64,000 bases of DNA from an uncultured virus (IMG/VR IMGVR_UViG_3300009285_001861) (taxonomy: Duplodnaviria; Heunggongvirae; Uroviricota; Caudoviricetes): the IMG/VR virus record IMGVR_UViG_3300009285_001861. One strand, given 5' to 3'. The notes beneath the pieces were generated by a model. That model searched no databases and had not been told where the DNA came from. It saw only the letters and a list, made by a program, of their open reading frames with translations. Below are positions 1-9,743 of the stretch, one piece after another. The translations under genes were made by a program, and so were the position numbers. Position 1 is the stretch's first letter. Each line of letters begins with the position of its first letter.

Positions 1-62
1 CCAAAGGGGTATCCCTCCTCCCAGACTTCAAGAAAGCCCAGGAAGCCTTCGAGAAGAAGGAT

Positions 63-1079
63 ATGGACCCTATGGCGAAGTTTGGGAAGACCGTTCTGAG
101 CCTGATCTTCCCAACTGATAGGACCACTGGGGATTTTGGGGCGCCAGTACCTGCGGATTGGTACTTGGCCCTTGGAACCGCCAAGCGCAATGCAATCAAT
201 GCCCTCCAGAAGGATGTCCGTGAATTCTTGGACATGCGTCATGGGATCCTCAATTCGGACATGTTCCAATCCGTTTGGATCAGAAGGTTCGAGACCTGGG
301 CCAAACCCCTACGCACCTTGGAAATTGCCAGTGCAGCAACGGATGAAGACCGGATCATCAAACGGGGACCTTTCGAGATCGTCCCGATGCCAGGAGTCCC
401 AGTCTCAAAAATTGAGGGGGCCCTCAAAGCTCTCGATGAGGCAACTGGAAAAATCCAGAGGGTCTTCCCTGAGGTTCTGTATGGTAAGGTACACCTTTCC
501 ACACACCTGAATAGCAAATCAGCGGCTTGGTATACCCCCTCTGGAGATCAGTTCTATGTAAGTGTGAACGCCCAATCTAGGTTTGGGGATTTCCACACAA
601 TAGCTCATGAACTGGGGCACCGGTACCAACACCGGTTCCTCAGCGCAGAGCTGACCCGAGAGTTTTTTGACCTGTCCACCCGCACGGTCTACGAGGAAGT
701 GCTGTTCGACAAGGACTTACGCAATCGGATGGCTGATGAGGTAGTGTCGCTCACCAAGGCCCGCGGACTAGGTAAGCCCATGGTCCCCATGTCCCCAGAA
801 CTGGTCATGTGGTTGAAGTCCCCTGACGGTCCCCGAGAGGCCCGGCAACTCACCACTGAGTTCCTCTCCGGGAAGATCGATGAGAAGGAACTCCACGAAG
901 GCATTGCTGGCAAGAAGGACGTGACCCTCATGACTGGCAAGGTCCTACGGGAACCCATTGCCGTCACACCCTATGGAGCCACCAAATGGACCGAAAACTT
1001 CGCCGAAGCCTTCGCCCATCTGGTCTTAGGAATGCCCCTGCCAAACGAGATTGTTGAATTCATGGCCAAGTTGAAGTAG
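63..1079 (+). CDS. Zincin-like metallopeptidase-domain protein (may extend 5' of the window)
   Basis: HELGH zinc motif plus downstream ENFAEAF motif; 338 aa ORF. Confidence 0.55.
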   Translation: MDPMAKFGKTVLSLIFPTDRTTGDFGAPVPADWYLALGTAKRNAINALQKDVREFLDMRHGILNSDMFQSVWIRRFETWAKPLRTLEIASAATDEDRIIKRGPFEIVPMPGVPVSKIEGALKALDEATGKIQRVFPEVLYGKVHLSTHLNSKSAAWYTPSGDQFYVSVNAQSRFGDFHTIAHELGHRYQHRFLSAELTREFFDLSTRTVYEEVLFDKDLRNRMADEVVSLTKARGLGKPMVPMSPELVMWLKSPDGPREARQLTTEFLSGKIDEKELHEGIAGKKDVTLMTGKVLREPIAVTPYGATKWTENFAEAFAHLVLGMPLPNEIVEFMAKLK

Positions 1080-1168
1080 CCGTTTGATGAGCTGGTGAAT
1101 CCGCTAGTTAGCCAATTGATAGCCCTTCGGTAGAGGCTGCCCATTGACCAAGCCCCACCGGAGGCAAA

Positions 1169-1816
1169 ATGTCAAGAACATGGACCGACACTCAGCTAAT
1201 TCAGGCCGTAACCACGAAGTTTTCCATGTCAGAGGTGCTGAGGGAATTGGGGCTTTACCCCAATAGCAGTAATGCGAAGACTATCCAAACGCATATGGGG
1301 CGCTTAGGGTTAAAGTCCGAGCATTGGGCGGTACACTTCAAGAAATGGTCAGAGGAACAACTCACACGGGCCGTGGCTACCCAATTTACCATGGCCATGG
1401 TCTTAAGGGAATTGGGGTTGTCCCCTGTTGGGGGGAACTACAAGACCATTCGGCAACATATTCTCCGGTTGGGTTTGAGTACCACGCACTGGACAGGACA
1501 GGGACACTTGAAGGGGAAAACCCACTCGTGGTCAGTTAAGATGCCATTGTCAGAGTTATTGGTTGAGAATAGCACCTATGGGACCAACCACCTTAGTAAA
1601 CGTCTTGTCAAAGAGGGAGTACTAAGATATGAATGCTCTGACCCGGACTGCCTTTTGACCACATGGAAGGGGAAGCCAATTTCCTTGCACCTAGACCACA
1701 AGAATGGGGTCCCCACGGACCATCGCCTGGAAAACCTGAGGTTACTGTGCCCCAACTGCCACTCACAGACTCCCACGTACTGTGGAAAAAATATAGGTGG
1801 CCCTACCGGGACTTGA
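1169..1816 (+). CDS. Free-standing HNH homing endonuclease
   Basis: LHLDHKNG...NLRLLCPNCHSQT HNH motif; two N-terminal repeats; 3' end overlaps tRNA-Leu antisense. Confidence 0.9.
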   Translation: MSRTWTDTQLIQAVTTKFSMSEVLRELGLYPNSSNAKTIQTHMGRLGLKSEHWAVHFKKWSEEQLTRAVATQFTMAMVLRELGLSPVGGNYKTIRQHILRLGLSTTHWTGQGHLKGKTHSWSVKMPLSELLVENSTYGTNHLSKRLVKEGVLRYECSDPDCLLTTWKGKPISLHLDHKNGVPTDHRLENLRLLCPNCHSQTPTYCGKNIGGPTGT

Positions 1817-1880
1817 ACCCGGATGCCTCGCGGCCTCCCGTTTTAAGTGGGAGAATGTCTGCCAATTCCATCACAGGGCC
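1798..1880 (-). tRNA. tRNA-Leu(TAA)
   Basis: Cloverleaf with long variable arm; loop CTTAAAA; A31-C39 mismatch. Confidence 0.9.
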
Positions 1881-1884
1881 GTAG

Positions 1885-1966
1885 TGGGTTATAACGGACT
1901 TGAACCGATACCCCTTGCGGGACACCATTTTGAATGGTGCGTGGCTGCCAATTTCACCAATAACCC
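1885..1966 (-). tRNA. tRNA-Leu(CAA)
   Basis: CACCA-TTCAAAA-TGGTG anticodon arm; long variable arm. Confidence 0.9.
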
Positions 1967-2008
1967 AGGAAATCATTGTTGTTTTAGTCTTCACCTACTT
2001 CCAGCTGT

Positions 2009-2093
2009 TGGTGCGAGAAAGGGGACTTGAACCCCTACACCTTGCGGTACCGGATCCTAAGTCCGGCGCGTCTGCCAATTCCGCCATCCTCGC
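2009..2093 (-). tRNA. tRNA-Leu(TAG)
   Basis: CCGGA-CTTAGGA-TCCGG; encoded CCA. Confidence 0.95.
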
Positions 2094-2112
2094 GAAAACA
2101 TTAAAGAAACAG

Positions 2113-2194
2113 TGCATGAGACAGGGATCGAACCTGCACGTCTTTCGACATAGGACTCTCATTCCTACGTGGCTACCAGTTACACCACTCATGC
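2113..2194 (-). tRNA. tRNA-Leu(GAG)
   Basis: TAGGA-ATGAGAG-TCCTA; long variable arm. Confidence 0.88.
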
Positions 2195-2198
2195 AGAG

Positions 2199-2286
2199 TG
2201 GCCGGGAAGGGCATCGAACCCTCACGGGAAGTTACTCCCACTGGCTTCTGAGACCAGCATGTCTTCCAAAATTCCATCACCCGGCC
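2199..2286 (-). tRNA. tRNA-Leu(CAG)
   Basis: CTGGT-CTCAGAA-GCCAG; long variable arm. Confidence 0.9.
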
Positions 2287-2318
2287 AAGCTACCTACTTG
2301 CTGCCGGGGACCTCAGAC

Positions 2319-2408
2319 CTACGCACGAGTGCATAAATCCACCCCGGCACAGCTAAGCAATAGCTCTAGCTTCAGGCTCGGAATGGAGTTGGTTGCACGA
2401 TCGAACAT
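2319..2408 (-). CDS. Putative Leu-sensing leader peptide MFDRATNSIPSLKLELLLSCAGVDLCTRA
   Basis: 29-codon ORF between promoter and Leu tRNAs; Leu codons CTG, CTA, CTA, TTG, CTT, TTA. Confidence 0.75.
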   Translation of the reverse strand: MFDRATNSIPSLKLELLLSCAGVDLCTRA

Positions 2409-2420
2409 GGTGTCCTGTGT

Positions 2421-2449
2421 AGTCTAAAGACGAATTACCGAGGTGTCAA
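2421..2449 (-). promoter_or_regulatory. sigma70-type promoter of Leu tRNA operon
   Basis: TTGACA-N17-TAGACT. Confidence 0.8.
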
Positions 2450-2461
2450 GGGGTGGCTGTA

Positions 2462-3138
2462 CTATTCGATCTCCAGGGCCACCATGAAGTCAGCCAGGGC
2501 CTTCTCAAAGGCTCCCCGGGTGTACGTCTTCTGGGAGTCTGTTCCCCGGCGTCGGGCCTGCTCCATGGCCACGGCTGTTTCGAGCACCACATCTCGGAGG
2601 CCAAGGTTGAACTGGTGCCTTGCGAAGGCCCGCTCCTGTTCGATTAGGGACTGGTCCTTGATCTCCCAAGGACGAGTAATCTCATTCAATGAGCGAAGCC
2701 AGTGACGGGCCGGATCATCGGGCCCTTGTACCTTGCCTGAAGAGAACTTTCGGGACTCTCGGACCCCCACCAAATCGATAGGGATGTCCCGCTTCACATT
2801 CTCGGGCAGCTTGTTTTTGAGTTCCCTCATCCTATCCTCTTGAATTCACGCCAGTGGGCGAGGTCTTCCTTACAGAAAACGTGAACCCCTGAATGCTCAG
2901 CCATCAACCACAGGTACCCATCGTCTTCAGGATCAGTAATCAAAAAGGCGCAGGCGAGAACGAACCTAGAACCGTCCTGGTGTTCGACTGTCGCCCAATG
3001 GTTGAATCGTTTGTCAGTGGCCAACAGCACAGAATTATACACCAATGCCCGTGCATAGGACTTCCTCATTTCCACGCTCATTCCCATCATGGCTAGCAGC
3101 CCAATTTGGGATTTGGATAGACTCCTGGGATTACTCAT
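2462..3138 (-). other. Two hypothetical phage genes (2462-2830, 2827-3138)
   Basis: Tiled ORFs with overlapping start/stop. Confidence 0.6.
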
Positions 3139-3727
3139 CGGGCTGAATCTCCTTCAGGTACTTCTCACAGGCGTCAATGTCCTTTTGCATCTCTTGGGCA
3201 CACGAAGTGTCGCGACTGAGGTTTTTCTGAGCCTTCTCCAGGGAGGTCAGGTCTGCCTGATCCCCTGTGATAACAGCAGAAATCGTGGAAGACCAGAAGG
3301 CGTCTGAGATAGTCTTCTTGTTCTTCTCAATACTCACCAAGGTCTCGGCCAGATCCACCTTGCACTCCTCGATATACTTGGTGAGGCTCTTGGCATAACA
3401 GCCTTTGCACCAGCACGTCCACCAACCCCGAGGGGATTCCAGGATCTCGCCTGGAGCGCCACATTCATCACAGGTACGGGCAGCGACCTCTTCCGCTACC
3501 CGAATGCGCTCCTTGACGCTTGCGGAGGACACGCCAATATACACCCTGAGACCGCCGAATTTTTCCTTCAGCTGGTGTAGGTCCCGGTCCCATCCCAGAG
3601 CAATCATGTCAGCGAACAGCTGATCCACAAGGGGAACCCAGCCATCTCCCACGTAGGCCCTACAACGTGGGTTGGGGATGTTGTACTTCTGGAGGAGGGC
3701 CTCTACCTTGTCGTCCTTGTCATTCAT
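3131..3727 (-). CDS. Conserved phage hypothetical protein (QxKEKFGGLR motif, CxxC)
   Basis: QLKEKFGGLRVY...TCDECGAPG motif familiar from large phages. Confidence 0.65.
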   Translation of the reverse strand: MNDKDDKVEALLQKYNIPNPRCRAYVGDGWVPLVDQLFADMIALGWDRDLHQLKEKFGGLRVYIGVSSASVKERIRVAEEVAARTCDECGAPGEILESPRGWWTCWCKGCYAKSLTKYIEECKVDLAETLVSIEKNKKTISDAFWSSTISAVITGDQADLTSLEKAQKNLSRDTSCAQEMQKDIDACEKYLKEIQPDE

Positions 3728-3733
3728 TCATCG

Positions 3734-4204
3734 CTAACCCTTCAGGGTAGGGGTGAGTATACCCATCACATCGATGACCATGAGTATCATATTGGCCACA
3801 TCGATCCCCTCCCAGGCAATCGCCGCCGGGGAATTACGGAGGGCAACCTCTCCTAGGGTGTTGGGGTTTTCAAAAGCCAGCCGGAACTCTTCCATCTCCT
3901 CTTGGACTCTCTTGAAGAGTTCTACAGGGCTGCATTCCTTCCATCCATCCTTGTGGTCGTTAGCTCGAAGCTTCCGTTCCATCAATTGGGCAAACACCTG
4001 AACTTCAGGTCGTAGGGATCTCCATTGGGATGCATCATGGCCCAATCCCTCTACCGTCTCACCAACCCCACGGAGCAAATTGGCTGCCTCAGTGACCCTA
4101 TTGGCCGTTGTGCTGAGGGGGATTTTGGGGAGGGCAGGAACGGTCTTGTAGACGGCCCAATTCGGGTCACTTTTGGATTTCATGGCCTGATTACTCAATT
4201 TCAA
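3734..4204 (-). CDS. MazG-like nucleotide pyrophosphohydrolase-domain protein
   Basis: EEMEEF...EGIDVAN acidic helical motif. Confidence 0.5.
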   Translation of the reverse strand: MKLSNQAMKSKSDPNWAVYKTVPALPKIPLSTTANRVTEAANLLRGVGETVEGLGHDASQWRSLRPEVQVFAQLMERKLRANDHKDGWKECSPVELFKRVQEEMEEFRLAFENPNTLGEVALRNSPAAIAWEGIDVANMILMVIDVMGILTPTLKG

Positions 4205-4803
4205 GCCCCGCGGCCCGGAACATCGCTAGGCCATCGACAGGCGGAACGCCAGCTTCAAACTGACGCTTCATTTGGGTAACTGCCTTCAACAGTTCCTCAA
4301 TGCTCATGGTGAGCACAGCTTTTCCTAGTTCGGTGACTTCGTCCTGTGGGTGATGACCCACTTGGCCGACTTGAGCCATACCGTTCTTGTGCCGGTATTC
4401 CCATTTTCGGCCATCCACCGCTATCACGAGATGGAGCTGCTGGATTTGGAAGGAATGGGGCTCTTCAATTGGCGGGGTCTTGGCTGTCATTCCCCTTTTA
4501 CCCCAAGCTAGGGATTTTCGAGGGGAACAATCTGGAGATACTCATCCAGGACTTCCCAGTTCCGCTCGTCATTGTTAGGGGGTGGAGCCACGCTAGGCTG
4601 GTCAGGATGCTTCGGGTCCAGGCAATCGTAGCAAAGTCGGGTGCTTCCAACGGTTGGTGAGATCCCACAACCTGTGCAGTAGTCGAAAATGTCTAGAGTT
4701 GGCGCCATGTTCGTGTACCCCCTGATATTGGGTGTACCATCGGGCGAATACCGCCAAGTGTGGCAACCTGGGACACACTGTATCTTTTCTCCTGGAAACG
4801 GGT

Positions 4804-5421
4804 CTACAGGAGTTCTGCCAAGACGGCCGGATCCGTGTAGAGGGACTTCACCCGAGCTATCCAGGCTTGGCTCTTGAGCTTGAACATGTGAGGAGGATAG
4901 CCCTTTTTGAGGGGGGCCCCCTTACAGACAACTCCCTCGAATGTCATTCCAGGTAGGGTTCCGTCCCAGACCGCTTGGGTGAGGTCCTCGGTGACATTCC
5001 CCATGTAGAGCAGCGGAGCTGTTGGAACATGCCCCTCGAAAGTCTTCACAAATTCCTTGGGCCCCATGAAGCCTCTTCGATGGATCGACACGTCAATTAG
5101 GTCTACCCGGTGCCCCGCTTCCTGGTAGTCGTGGACTCCGGCAAACGAAGAGGGGCCCCAGAACTCGAAGAAACAGGTGGCTTCTCGTTCTCGGAGGGAT
5201 TGGAAGAGGGCTGCAAAAGCTGCCTCTTGGGCCTGAATCAGTGGAAGGGCAAGTTTCCCAATAGGATCCGATAGATCCGTGAGACGGGTCCGGGTGCCGA
5301 ATTTCCAGAATCCTTTCTTGGCCGAAAAATCTGCACGCAAATTGCTGCCATCAAGTTTGTCGAAGACGTAGAAGGGGACTCCATGGATGTGGTCCTTGGA
5401 GATCGACGGATATTGTTTCAT
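4804..5421 (-). CDS. ATP-dependent RNA ligase-family nucleotidyltransferase
   Basis: Motif I KLDGSN, FFEFWG, motif IV EGVVCK, motif V FKLK. Confidence 0.75.
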   Translation of the reverse strand: MKQYPSISKDHIHGVPFYVFDKLDGSNLRADFSAKKGFWKFGTRTRLTDLSDPIGKLALPLIQAQEAAFAALFQSLREREATCFFEFWGPSSFAGVHDYQEAGHRVDLIDVSIHRRGFMGPKEFVKTFEGHVPTAPLLYMGNVTEDLTQAVWDGTLPGMTFEGVVCKGAPLKKGYPPHMFKLKSQAWIARVKSLYTDPAVLAELL

Positions 5422-5454
5422 GGCAGCAACCTTACACCTTTGGGTCGATTTTGC

Positions 5455-5481
5455 TAAAGATCCCCTCGCTCATACCGATAG
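5455..5481 (+). promoter_or_regulatory. sigma28 (FliA/WhiG)-like promoter
   Basis: TAAA-N15-ACCGATAG upstream of plus-strand operon 5504-7093. Confidence 0.55.
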
Positions 5482-5503
5482 GGTGTGTAGGAGATCCCTA
5501 GCC

Positions 5504-5701
5504 ATGAACATGACGGAAGAAGAGTACGAGGCGGAATCTGGCAACTACGCCGGGTATTGCCAAGCCTGTGATGACATCACGGCGGATGGGGTGGAGCCCG
5601 ATGCCCAGGGCTACAAGTGCCCCAAGTGTGGGCAGATGCAGGTGATGGGGCTGGAGAATGCCCTGCTGGCAGGCCACATCAATCTGGGAGACGAATCATG
5701 A
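5504..5701 (+). CDS. Small zinc-ribbon protein
   Basis: CQAC...CPKC; AGGAG RBS. Confidence 0.7.
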   Translation: MNMTEEEYEAESGNYAGYCQACDDITADGVEPDAQGYKCPKCGQMQVMGLENALLAGHINLGDES

Positions 5702-6342
5702 AGCCCATCGTTTTCATTACATTTCTTCTCATGGCCTGTGGGCTTCCGGAACTCCGGATCGCGGATTCCGGGACCCCGGAGGATGCCGGTACAGAAACGG
5801 GCCGTGAGGACGCCCAGCTTCCGGGAGACACTCAAGATGCTGCCTCGGAGGTTGCTTCCGAGGATGTGGTAACTCCGGATGTTGTATCCGATGCCCCCCA
5901 GGGAGAGGATGTGACTCCCGATGTGGTGGCCCCTCCGGATGTAGCTCCCCTATGCGGGGTCGAGGGTGGTGCCTGCTGTCATACCAGCCCGGTCTGCGGC
6001 CCGGCCCTCACCTGTGTAAGCGATGGGGCGGGTGGTGCCACCTGCCGTCGAAACACGACCTGCGGGGCAGGGGGTATCAACTATGGCTACCGTGTGGATA
6101 GTGGTACTGCCCAGCCTTGTTGTCCAGGCAACGTCTGCCTTGCGGGGTCCATCTGTATGAACCGCGACCTTTACGGGACCGTGTGCTCTCCTGGGTCATG
6201 TGCCGGAGCATGTTACCTGTGCGGGGGTCTCCAGCAACCTTGCTGTATGGACAACCTGGGTGCCCGGACGTGTGCCCCTGGTTTTACCTGCCATCTGAGC
6301 ACAAACCCGGCTGTTGAGGAGACTGGTTTCTGTCGTCCCTGA
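5698..6342 (+). CDS. Cys-rich putative lipoprotein
   Basis: Signal peptide with lipobox LMAC, acidic DAG/DVVTP linker, repeated CGxxGxxCC modules. Confidence 0.7.
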   Translation: MKPIVFITFLLMACGLPELRIADSGTPEDAGTETGREDAQLPGDTQDAASEVASEDVVTPDVVSDAPQGEDVTPDVVAPPDVAPLCGVEGGACCHTSPVCGPALTCVSDGAGGATCRRNTTCGAGGINYGYRVDSGTAQPCCPGNVCLAGSICMNRDLYGTVCSPGSCAGACYLCGGLQQPCCMDNLGARTCAPGFTCHLSTNPAVEETGFCRP

Positions 6343-6355
6343 AAGGAGCCTCGCC

Positions 6356-7093
6356 ATGCAAGTTGAAATCTCGGCCTACCAGAGCAAGATCCTCAATCAG
6401 GTCATTAGTTCCTTCAGGGGCAGGGGCAGCAAGCCCCCATTTCTGGATTCTCTGGCTTTAGACAGCTTGGGGAGGCTGGACGACACGTTGATGGGACGGG
6501 TCGAACGGCTCTACAGCTCCTCCTCCCAGGAGGTTGGATTCCTGGCGTCGGGGGGGAAGCTCTTCCACCATGAGCACTCACAGTGGTGGTCTGATTGTCA
6601 GCTGGTTACAGCCACCAATGCGGCAATTTTCCTGGGACTACCCACGCTCAGCCCGCACTTGGACTGCAAGGCCTACAAGGCGTGGGTCAGGTACACGGGC
6701 ACCTTGAAGGATGGCACCATCAATGAAGACCGAATTGCCCAGATGCACAGGCATCTTCGCATTCGAGCCGTGCGGGTTCCCTGTACCCTTCCCCGAATCA
6801 AGCAGGAGTTGGCGCGTGGATACCCGGTTGAACTCAGTCTCCAGTGGGAGGACGCTTACGACACTTCTCACAGCGTCCTGGTCGTGGATGTGAAGGGGAA
6901 CAAGATCCAGGCCACGAATTCATGTCACGGTGCCGATGGGTGGGAGGCATGGAGTGCTGTGTTTGCGCGAGCTAAGACCTACGGGACCAATTGCTGCCAT
7001 GATGGCAAGCCTCTCGCCAGAAGCTTTCGACCCATCGGAAAATGCAACAAGGTTAGTGCCCGGTGGCGGGACCGAACTGGATCGGTCGAATGA
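6356..7093 (+). CDS. Putative papain-fold (C39-like) peptidase
   Basis: Q..SDCQLV..NA (Cys) and HSVLVVD (His); AAGGAG RBS. Confidence 0.45.
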   Translation: MQVEISAYQSKILNQVISSFRGRGSKPPFLDSLALDSLGRLDDTLMGRVERLYSSSSQEVGFLASGGKLFHHEHSQWWSDCQLVTATNAAIFLGLPTLSPHLDCKAYKAWVRYTGTLKDGTINEDRIAQMHRHLRIRAVRVPCTLPRIKQELARGYPVELSLQWEDAYDTSHSVLVVDVKGNKIQATNSCHGADGWEAWSAVFARAKTYGTNCCHDGKPLARSFRPIGKCNKVSARWRDRTGSVE

Positions 7094-7116
7094 CCTCTAC
7101 GGTCTCGATTGTCATT

Positions 7117-7518
7117 TCAATCCCCCACTTGAGGATCCTGCCATTGGCCCAACTCATCCTTGATCGTAGATAGCCACTTCGCTGAGATACGGGCATAGGT
7201 TCCAGTCAAGAGTTCCTCAGGGGTGACCCAGACAGCCTCCCCCTCAGGACCGGACTCCAGATCCCCCTCGTGGATGCGGGCCAAGTACACGTAGCACTGG
7301 TATCCATGTCCATCATCCTCCTCAACGTGCAGGCACCGAACCAAGTAGGGGTGCACTCCCACCTCCTCGATGCACTCCCGGATTGCGGTCTCCTCCGGCT
7401 TCTCTCCGGGCTCTGATTTTCCCCCTGGCAGCTCAATGGCCCCGTTGTGCTTCCTGGACCGGATTGCTGCGATCTTCCCGTAACGGATGAGGACCACACA
7501 AGCACTTGTAGGGAGCAT
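7117..7518 (-). CDS. NUDIX hydrolase
   Basis: Nudix box GGKSEPGEKPEETAIRECIEEVG. Confidence 0.92.
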   Translation of the reverse strand: MLPTSACVVLIRYGKIAAIRSRKHNGAIELPGGKSEPGEKPEETAIRECIEEVGVHPYLVRCLHVEEDDGHGYQCYVYLARIHEGDLESGPEGEAVWVTPEELLTGTYARISAKWLSTIKDELGQWQDPQVGD

Positions 7519-9000
7519 CAAAGCACCTTCTTTTTGAAGTCCCAACCCATCCCATCGAAGGTCAGTTCAATCTCTCGGGACCACTGGGCACACCGCCGGT
7601 CATTGTAACTCCTGTAGGTCCCATCGGGTAGCATGGCCCCAAGATCCACCGGGAAGGGGTCAATTGGGGACAGGTTGGCGTCGAAGAAGTTGCGGGCACA
7701 CCCATTAACTTCGCTGATGTCCCCTGCCAGTTTGTCCGCCACTCCACGTGCCCATCTGACAAACAGGTCTCTCTCAATGTCACAGTGCATTTTCCGGTAT
7801 GCCTCACGGGAGGTCTCATCCGCAGTCGCATATGCCCCCTGTAGGTCGGGGCCCACTTCGGTGTAGTCGATGACTGCCTTGGGATCATCGAGGATGTCCG
7901 ATATCCCCAGGGTGTGGATTTGGATCTTGAACCCGGTTCGCACATATTTGCCACCCACAACATCGTAGTAGGGGGCTTTGGCCGGGTCCCGAATCAGAAC
8001 TTGAAGGGAGCCGTCGTAGTAAGCTGGGTCCTTGGAAACAAAAAAGATGTCTTGGTTCCCACAACAGCACTCTTCCTCCCCCGAGGGGTCCTGTTCCTGA
8101 AGTTGACGAACCAGTTCCTTGGTTTTCATCAGCACGGTTCCTTCGCAGTTGTGGGTAGTTCTCGCATCTTGTCAACTCGCTCTGTCAGTACCCGGCGCAT
8201 CTCGCGCCCCTCAGCCAACAGAACCCGCACCGTTTCAGGGGTGAGCGGGGGGGAGTTTTCATCGAGGATGCCCTTGTCAATGAATACGATTTCCCCGGAC
8301 TCATCGGAAATGATCTCATGGGCATGGGGTTTTGCCTGACTGCACGGGGTCTCACAGATTGGGCAGAGGGACTCTGTGGGGGGCTTCACATCCACACCAT
8401 GGGAGCGGCCCCCGTTGGCAGTGTAGTAATCCACATCGAGCTCCTCAAGGGTCTCTGGAGTCGGCGGAAGCTCTGGCCAGGGTGCCAGGACGTCCTCCAT
8501 AGCTGCGACCCGTCCTGGTAGGTCCAGGGCTCGCTGTTGACGGGTGGCGTCCAGATGTAGGTCTCGTGTGGAATTTTCCTCCAAATAGGCCGCGTCCAGA
8601 TTCTCACGCAGCTGTAATTGGGCGTTGGTCTCTGCAACCTCTTGGGTTTGAACAGCCTCAAGTTCCGCAATCCTGGCAAGCAGGACCGTCACGTCCTCAA
8701 CATACCGTTGAGCCGTCACGTTGCACTTGAACAAGGGGCCCTGATACTTGGCTAGGGTTTCCAAGATCGTCGGCTCGGTGGTGCGCTTGCGGGTCATGGT
8801 CTCCTCCTTACTCCCGGGGGCACACCCGGCGGAGCCCACCCATGCCCCTGTTTGATTTCAACATACTTCTTGAGGGCCTCGGCGATGCGAGCTCGTTCGT
8901 GTTGAGTAGGGGGAATCATTGGTCGCAGCTCAAATGCTGCACGAACGACATCATCCATCTCGTCTTCTGTAAGGCCCCAAGCCTCCGCTGGCGTTCTCAT
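7518..9000 (-). other. Three hypothetical genes (7518-8135, ~8129-8797, ~8794-9000)
   Basis: Tiled coupled ORFs. Confidence 0.6.
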
Positions 9001-9743
9001 GGTCCCGGAGCCCACCCATGAATTGCTTCCGCAAGTGCTCGGGTACGTTCAGGGTCCAGGACCCCGAAGTCAGATTCAATACCGGTAGCCACCAAGTAGG
9101 CATCCACGTAGGGCAGATATTGGTGGACATTCTCGGGGGTGACGCCACTGGCCAGGGCCATCGGATGGTTCCCGATAGCCTCTCGGATTGCACGTACTTT
9201 GGATAGCTGGGCGGCAACCCCTGTCCCACGACCTGAGGTGGTCACCACATCCACGAAGCCCATTGCAGCTCTGGCCGTTTCAGCAAGGTCCGCAAGTTCA
9301 ACTTCCGTCTGTGTCTTGAAGGCAGTTCCTCCAAAGTACAGGCCCCCCCAGTTGTGGCGATTCCTGGTCTCAAGGAAGGTACTCCCTGCGGCATACCGTT
9401 CATCCGCAGTTCGATGGTCTACCCCTGCATCATCGGACCAGACTCCATCAATCCCATACAGGGCTGCTAGCCCCACGGCCTCCTCGGGGGTGTACGAAAG
9501 GGCATTGAGGCCCGTCCACATCCCTGGATAGCCTGCCAGGAGGGGGAGCCGTGGCAACAGGTCTCCCATAATGGCCTTAACGGTCATCCCCTGGTTGATC
9601 AGGATGACACCATCCGCCCCTGCCTCAATGGCCACTTCCACGGACGACAATGCCTCTTGGAGGGTAGGCGTGTGAATGACCGGTAGGAAGACCCGGGGGC
9701 GCTTGAAGACCCTCAGGATGGCGTTAGGCTTAAGGGCCTTCAT
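8997..9743 (-). CDS. BtpA/SgcQ-family TIM-barrel protein
   Basis: LPVIH, GADGVILIN, TSGRGTG, LASGVTPENV, LVATGI motifs. Confidence 0.8.
   Translation of the reverse strand: MKALKPNAILRVFKRPRVFLPVIHTPTLQEALSSVEVAIEAGADGVILINQGMTVKAIMGDLLPRLPLLAGYPGMWTGLNALSYTPEEAVGLAALYGIDGVWSDDAGVDHRTADERYAAGSTFLETRNRHNWGGLYFGGTAFKTQTEVELADLAETARAAMGFVDVVTTSGRGTGVAAQLSKVRAIREAIGNHPMALASGVTPENVHQYLPYVDAYLVATGIESDFGVLDPERTRALAEAIHGWAPGP

Noticed and set aside
1797..2427. ORFs 1797-2030, 1900-2427, 1803-1994 and 1995-2225 over the Leu tRNAs
   Set aside because: They are antisense to, or start inside, tRNA genes, with no promoter/RBS context.
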